A stretch of DNA of 51,740 nucleotides from Candidatus Bathyarchaeia archaeon (GTDB lineage: Archaea; Thermoproteota; Bathyarchaeia; 40CM-2-53-6): contig JBEKSC010000020.1 in assembly GCA_049517415.1 (NCBI GenBank), positions 1-51,740 of the forward strand, in the 5' to 3' direction. The notes beneath the pieces are model-generated. The model saw nothing but the letters and a program-made list of their open reading frames with translations, did not search any database and was not told the DNA's origin. Below are positions 46,761-51,740 of the stretch, piece by piece; position 1 is the stretch's first letter, and the number at the start of each line of letters is the position of its first letter. The position numbers were made by a program, and so were the translations under genes.

Positions 46761-48899
46761 GTGCCACTTGCGAGCGTTTCCATGCAGGCTGAAAAATTTG
46801 TGACGGCGTTTCGCCTACATAAGTTGAACATAGTTGCGTACACGCTATTTCTTTCTCTCGCGGTCCTAACTCTCCCTACCACTCTATGGGGAGTAGGCCC
46901 GGGCTTAGATCTATCGTGGGTGCTAGGATTACACCTTGCCGCAAAGAATGGATTAGTATTCGGTCGAGATATTATCTTCCCCTATGGCCCGCTAGGATTT
47001 CTCGGTTTTCCGATGCTGGTAGATCCGTGGCTCTGGATCGCAAGTCTCACGTTCATACTATCCGTGCATTTCGCATTCTACCTTTGCCTTGCGGCTTTCG
47101 CACTGCAATCTGAAAGAAAATTACTGAATACAATAATTCTCAGCTCCTTAGCTCCGTCAATCGAATTCATTCTTGGGACGCCCTACACATTCAGCGCGTT
47201 ATTTCTTGTGGCAACTTATCTTACTACTCGTAATCGTAAGTTTCCTCATATCACAATCTTAGCCATTATTTCAGCGTTCAGCTTTTACTTTAAGGCAGAG
47301 ATAGGCTTACTTTCATTTGGCATCGTTCTAGTTGCAACTGCTTGGGCTTATTTCAAAGAACGTTGCTTGAAATCACTGGTACCGCTAATAGCATATGTAA
47401 TCTCTTTAGTTGGGATCGGGCTTGTTGTTACGGGTAGCCTACAGATTTTGGATTCCTTTCTCTTCGGCTACATGCAAATTGGAGCAGGATATCAAAGTGC
47501 AATGTCAATAGAGGTTGGAATACGACATGGTATGCCACAATGGTTTATTCTGTTTCCGTTATTGACAGGTATCGCGATACTGATATTGGTAGTAAAAGAC
47601 AATCTGAGAATACCCGATACTCGATTATTCTTCACATTATCCTTTCCGTTCCTATTCATTACATACAAAGAAGGATTTGTTAGAGCGGACCTCCATGTCT
47701 TAGTATTCTTCAGTTGTTGGGCACTATTCTGCCTGTTACTTCAATCAACTTTCGCAAAATCGGGAAGACGCGCTAGTTTGGTTGCGATCTTCTTGGCGCT
47801 GATTTTGCTTGGAACTGCGATTCAAGTAATGGGTATGGTGTACGTTTCAAACGGAGAACCAATCAACGGTGCGACTCTTCTCAAAAATACTTCCGTGTTT
47901 GTTCAAAACGTTTATGGTTTCCCACGATTTCAAGCAACTTTTCGAAATTTCGAATATGTTACTCAACCCACGTTATCACAGGCGACATTCGACGATACAA
48001 TTCTAGCAACTCGATCAACCTATCCTCTCTCAGAGAATACTGTGACTATGCTTCGCGGGCACACAGTTGACATTCTACCTTGGGATGATTCACTTGCATA
48101 TGTGTATGGTTTGCAATGGAACCCTGCGCCAATGTTCCAAACCATCACCGCCTACACACCATACTTGGACGGCGTGAATGCGCGTCATTACTCGAGCGGG
48201 AATACCCCTGATTTCGTATTGTATCGTCCTGAGGCGAAAGATGGAAGGTATCCATTCTTCGATGAACCACTTGCGCTCATGGCATTGGCCTGCAATTATG
48301 TGCACGTGGGAAATGACGCATCATTCTTCATTCTTCAGAGGAGGAGCAGTGACGTGTGCGATCACATGGACTTGCTAGCTATAGACGAAATCAAATTTGG
48401 GCAACCGATTCAAGTTCCGACCATTGCGCAGACCCCAGTTATCGCATGCGTATACCTGGAAAACAGCTGGCTGGGAATGATCTCAACGTTTCTCTATCAG
48501 GTGCCAAAAGTAATGATAAATCTGGAATTCAACAATGGACTATCACAAAACTACACCCTCGTTGTGGCGACAGCAAGTGATGGTCTACTCCTAAGGCCCG
48601 GTTTCCTTTCCACTAGCCTCCCACTCCCGGCTGTGAATCAATTCACTCTCTTCACTAGAGGCCCAGAATACTACAAGCCCGCAATTATGATCAAAATCTA
48701 TGGGATTCGTGGAGTGAACTCCACTTCAAACGGCGAAGAAGACCCGCCATCGAAATCCAATTACTCAAACTTCGCTTCCTTTTCGCCTTCACATTCGACC
48801 CAACCTTTACGGGACCAGCTTGGATACAGAAAGCCCTACGAAGAGATTTCGGCTAGACTAGCGGAATACAACATATGCGTCACAGCCGAAACAATCTGA
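46761..48899 (+). CDS. polytopic membrane protein, possible GT-C-fold glycosyltransferase
   Basis: About ten or more TM helices; first loop GLDLSW..FGRDIIFPYGPLG; KEGFVRADLH; soluble C-terminal domain (QTITAYTPYLD, DGRYP). Confidence 0.6.
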   Translation: MPLASVSMQAEKFVTAFRLHKLNIVAYTLFLSLAVLTLPTTLWGVGPGLDLSWVLGLHLAAKNGLVFGRDIIFPYGPLGFLGFPMLVDPWLWIASLTFILSVHFAFYLCLAAFALQSERKLLNTIILSSLAPSIEFILGTPYTFSALFLVATYLTTRNRKFPHITILAIISAFSFYFKAEIGLLSFGIVLVATAWAYFKERCLKSLVPLIAYVISLVGIGLVVTGSLQILDSFLFGYMQIGAGYQSAMSIEVGIRHGMPQWFILFPLLTGIAILILVVKDNLRIPDTRLFFTLSFPFLFITYKEGFVRADLHVLVFFSCWALFCLLLQSTFAKSGRRASLVAIFLALILLGTAIQVMGMVYVSNGEPINGATLLKNTSVFVQNVYGFPRFQATFRNFEYVTQPTLSQATFDDTILATRSTYPLSENTVTMLRGHTVDILPWDDSLAYVYGLQWNPAPMFQTITAYTPYLDGVNARHYSSGNTPDFVLYRPEAKDGRYPFFDEPLALMALACNYVHVGNDASFFILQRRSSDVCDHMDLLAIDEIKFGQPIQVPTIAQTPVIACVYLENSWLGMISTFLYQVPKVMINLEFNNGLSQNYTLVVATASDGLLLRPGFLSTSLPLPAVNQFTLFTRGPEYYKPAIMIKIYGIRGVNSTSNGEEDPPSKSNYSNFASFSPSHSTQPLRDQLGYRKPYEEISARLAEYNICVTAETI

Positions 48900-48943
48900 T
48901 TGCTAGTGCAAACTTTTTAGCAAGAGAGAGACGAAACGGAAAT

Positions 48944-50020
48944 ATGTTTTGTTCAAGCTGCGGCACGCAGCTTCCCGATGACGCGTCATTCTGTTACAAG
49001 TGCGGAACCGCAACTCCGGCCGGTGGCCAGCCTGCTCTCCAACCTAGTGACGCTCCCGCCGCTTTTTCGAGGAAGGAGCAAATTATAGCCCCTGCCGGCG
49101 CAAGCTCGCTGAAGTGTCCCAGCTGCGGCGCTCCGATAGCTCCCAAGTTTGGCGAGATGGTTATCACCTGCGAGTACTGCGGAAGCGGCGTCACTCTGGG
49201 CAACCAGGGATGGACAGGCATACAGAAGCAGTCGATGCTGGCCCTCAAAGTTAGCAGCGTCGACGAAGTCAATTCCATAATCACCCCGATGATGGACAAG
49301 GGCCTTCTTCACAGGCACCTTCACGAAGACTCTACTCAGGAGGAGATGAACCTCTCATACATTCCCTACTGGATTGTCAGTGTCTCGGCACGCACGACCG
49401 TGGTCTCCGTGAATGTGGCAGCTGAAGTGGGACAGACAGCCACGACGGCAGCACTCATGGGCGTAATTATGGGCGGCATGGGCGGTGGGTTTGGTGTTCG
49501 CGGAGGACGCAGACGCGCCTTCGAGGAATGGGCGGGAATTGGAACGCCTCCCTTACTAAGTAGCGGATTCTTGTCACGTCGGTTCATGGCATTTGGAATG
49601 GGAATGGGCTACGGGGGCGCGGGGATGACTAAGACAGAGCAGATGGACGCGAACTACAACTTTCCCGTGGTCGCATTAAAAGCACTCATGGAATACCAAC
49701 CGCGAGACTATCAGTTTGATCTTGAAGGTAGAACATTATTTGACATCACGAATTTGCCCAAGAACATCAAGATCCTCAACGGAGACATCAGCGAGGACGT
49801 TGCGAAATCACAGGCTAAGACACTGGTCGATCAGCTCCAATCAGAGAAAGCCCACGCAAAATACCACATGATCCAACAGATAACCACGCAATCAGACGTC
49901 GGCGATTTGGAATTGCTCTACGCTCCAATATGGTTCGCCAAATACGATCACAAAGGGAAAAAAATCGTACTGGTAATCGATGCGAATTCAGGCAGAGTAA
50001 TCAACAGCCTAGGATTATAA
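48944..50020 (+). CDS. zinc-ribbon domain protein with a central Gly-rich hydrophobic segment
   Basis: MFCSSCG..FCYKCG and CPSCGA..CEYCG; YIPYW and YAPIW repeat motifs; C-terminal IDANSG. Start placed at ATG 48944. Confidence 0.75.
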   Translation: MFCSSCGTQLPDDASFCYKCGTATPAGGQPALQPSDAPAAFSRKEQIIAPAGASSLKCPSCGAPIAPKFGEMVITCEYCGSGVTLGNQGWTGIQKQSMLALKVSSVDEVNSIITPMMDKGLLHRHLHEDSTQEEMNLSYIPYWIVSVSARTTVVSVNVAAEVGQTATTAALMGVIMGGMGGGFGVRGGRRRAFEEWAGIGTPPLLSSGFLSRRFMAFGMGMGYGGAGMTKTEQMDANYNFPVVALKALMEYQPRDYQFDLEGRTLFDITNLPKNIKILNGDISEDVAKSQAKTLVDQLQSEKAHAKYHMIQQITTQSDVGDLELLYAPIWFAKYDHKGKKIVLVIDANSGRVINSLGL

Positions 50021-50099
50021 TCACATACAAATCCTGACCCCAATTTACCGGTACAAATAGACGGGTGAGGAGTGAGGCGGTGGTTAGCATACGCGATCA

Positions 50100-50393
50100 G
50101 TGTCGAATGGTGTCAGATTAACGGTGCACGTGAAGCCGCTGAGAAACGAGACTAAATTGGTCTGCGAACAGGATGGCACACTTACAATGCACGTCGCTGC
50201 GCCCCCCGTGAGAGGTAAAGCCAATCGCGAGATCGTGCGATGGCTGTCCAAGACGCTCCGATTATCGTCCTCGAATGTGCAGCTAGTCGCTGGTTTCCAT
50301 TCGAACGTGAAAGCCATCGAAATCACAGGTATGACCGAGGCTGAAATCGCCGCAGTATTAGGCATTAAGTGCAAATCGGACGCGAGGAAATGA
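50100..50393 (+). CDS. DUF167 / YggU (UPF0235) family protein
   Basis: VHVKP, VAAPPVRGKANREIVRWLSK and GFHSNVK motifs. Confidence 0.88.
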   Translation: MSNGVRLTVHVKPLRNETKLVCEQDGTLTMHVAAPPVRGKANREIVRWLSKTLRLSSSNVQLVAGFHSNVKAIEITGMTEAEIAAVLGIKCKSDARK

Positions 50394-50740
50394 AATCAAT
50401 CTGCGCCAAGTGCGTTTCTGTCTAGCGTCAAGACGAGGCGTTTTCGATTCGGGGAGCCAGCCCTACCATTAAGTGATGTTTCCGAGGTAATTCAGTTGAG
50501 TAACTGTCGCCGGTTAAACCGGCGGTAAGTAGATATTTCTTAGAAGAGAGCTTGGGAATGCTTCGCATCAAAGTAAGCAGCCCTGCTCTTAGGGGCGGGA
50601 TAATTGGAAACGCATAACCACACCGTGTCCGGAATAGATATCGCACTCTTGTTTTCGAGGCGTTCTTTCATAGGTACTGTACACGTACTCTCCTGGCAAG
50701 TTGGAAAAAACCGATAAACGTCTCCCTTATTTCTATCCGA

Positions 50741-51100
50741 CTATGACTTGGCAAGTTTCTTTCTTATTTCTTCAACATATTGAGGAAGCCCGTTCGTAGG
50801 GCTTTCTACGAATTCAAGCGACAGGTTAGCACACAACCTTCTTGCAATAACACTACTCAAAATTCGACTGACCTTGAGGCCGAAGGCATCTTCCAATATT
50901 GAGAAAAAGGTGTCTACTCGGTCAGGCAGGTCCTCCAAGCTAAGGTCATAGTTCTCGTAAAGCTGATCGAGCAATGCACCGGCGATAACACTCCCAAGTG
51001 CCTCAGTTAACCCGTCTTTCACGCAGTGGGAAAGAATTTCGTTGAAGCTCAAAGGCTTTCGGTCTGAAGTTACCGGCGAATTTGACCCCATTCTACTCAA
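50741..51100 (-). CDS. small helical protein, DUF3227/NitrOD5-like
   Basis: L..ALG.....LL..L...Y.L....LP.....F...LE..FG..S.IL...I...L pattern, recognised from memory; lies downstream of a response regulator. Confidence 0.5.
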   Translation of the reverse strand: MSRMGSNSPVTSDRKPLSFNEILSHCVKDGLTEALGSVIAGALLDQLYENYDLSLEDLPDRVDTFFSILEDAFGLKVSRILSSVIARRLCANLSLEFVESPTNGLPQYVEEIRKKLAKS

Positions 51101-51169
51101 CGTTCTTGGGAGCGTTTTGCTTCGACTGCTTGGATTGCCCCTAAACTTTCATTCTAAGACCAAAGACGC

Positions 51170-51649
51170 TTAGCTGTCGTTTCTCTTCGACGGCGAAGTG
51201 TTCTCTCCTGATTTTGACTCTTTGAGACGGGTCTCGATGAAATCTTTGATCTTTTCTTCATCGTATCGCCTTGCCTTCTCTTGCTTCTCTAACTGTTGCT
51301 TTATTTTCGTCAGCAGGTCGGCCATGTTTGCGGGTTTGATTACGTAGCCGTCGGCGCCCTTGTTCACTGCCTCCACCGCATTTTGCAGGGTAGCGTACCC
51401 AGTGATGATGATCTTAACCATCTTCGGAGTTGTCTCTACTAGAGTTGTTAGTAGTTCGGTGCCTTCCATGTCTGGGAGGCGGATGTCTATGATGGCGAGA
51501 TTGTAGAAAGTTGCCCTAGTTTTTTCGATTGCTTCTCTCCCATTCTCCGCTGTGTTGACCTCATAGCCGGCGTCTCGGAGGGCCGTGGAAAATGTCTTCA
51601 GTATGTTCTCGTCATCGTCAACAATTAAGATCCGAGCCGGATCGCTCAA
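51170..51649 (-). CDS. response regulator receiver (REC) protein with a short charged C-terminal tail
   Basis: ILIVDDD, IIDIRLPDMEG (phosphoacceptor Asp), ITGYAT and GADGYVIKP motifs. Confidence 0.92.
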   Translation of the reverse strand: MSDPARILIVDDDENILKTFSTALRDAGYEVNTAENGREAIEKTRATFYNLAIIDIRLPDMEGTELLTTLVETTPKMVKIIITGYATLQNAVEAVNKGADGYVIKPANMADLLTKIKQQLEKQEKARRYDEEKIKDFIETRLKESKSGENTSPSKRNDS

Positions 51650-51740
51650 GCCGTCTGGGCTCCTTCTTGGCTGTGTGATATGGGGAGTGTTAGAGTAAAG
51701 GTTGTCCCCTCTCCAATCTTGCTCTCCACAGTTATTGAGC

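Noticed and set aside
50428..50646. 72-aa minus-strand ORF
   Set aside because: No motifs or SD; probably spurious.

Overview
Archaeal chromosomal window of roughly 50% GC by eye, with TATA-box promoters, a group II chaperonin, GHMP-type shikimate kinase, the DKFP-route AroA'/AroB', UPF0147 and Hef. Gene content suggests a TACK archaeon such as Bathyarchaeia (inference). It carries: (i) a minus-strand aromatic-precursor operon, lysC-asd-aroA'-aroB'-aroD-aroE-aroK-aroA, running off the left edge; (ii) two ABC-2 exporter sets converging on two large surface glycoprotein genes; (iii) housekeeping genes (HD dNTPase, tmk, polyprenyl synthase, Hef, PduO, UDG family 5, thermosome, DRG GTPase); (iv) a complete trpEGDCFBA operon; and (v) many small hypothetical and zinc-ribbon genes plus a response regulator. 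No tRNA, rRNA, CRISPR array or mobile element was seen. Main finding: the first gene of both aromatic operons (lysC and trpE) lacks a convincing start codon of its own and is overlapped by a short ATG-initiated leader ORF containing aromatic codons, with the enzyme gene in the +1 frame. The leaders hold aligned five-codon modules: a Gly codon with SD-like GG(T/G), two codons, a P-site codon, then an aromatic codon. These read ATT-TTC (Phe), ATT-TAC (Tyr) and CAC-TGG (Trp) before lysC, and prfB-like CTT-TGG (Trp) before trpE. This suggests hungry-codon-triggered +1 ribosomal frameshifting used as an amino-acid sensor, a control mechanism I do not know to be described in archaea. It is a hypothesis that needs experimental testing.
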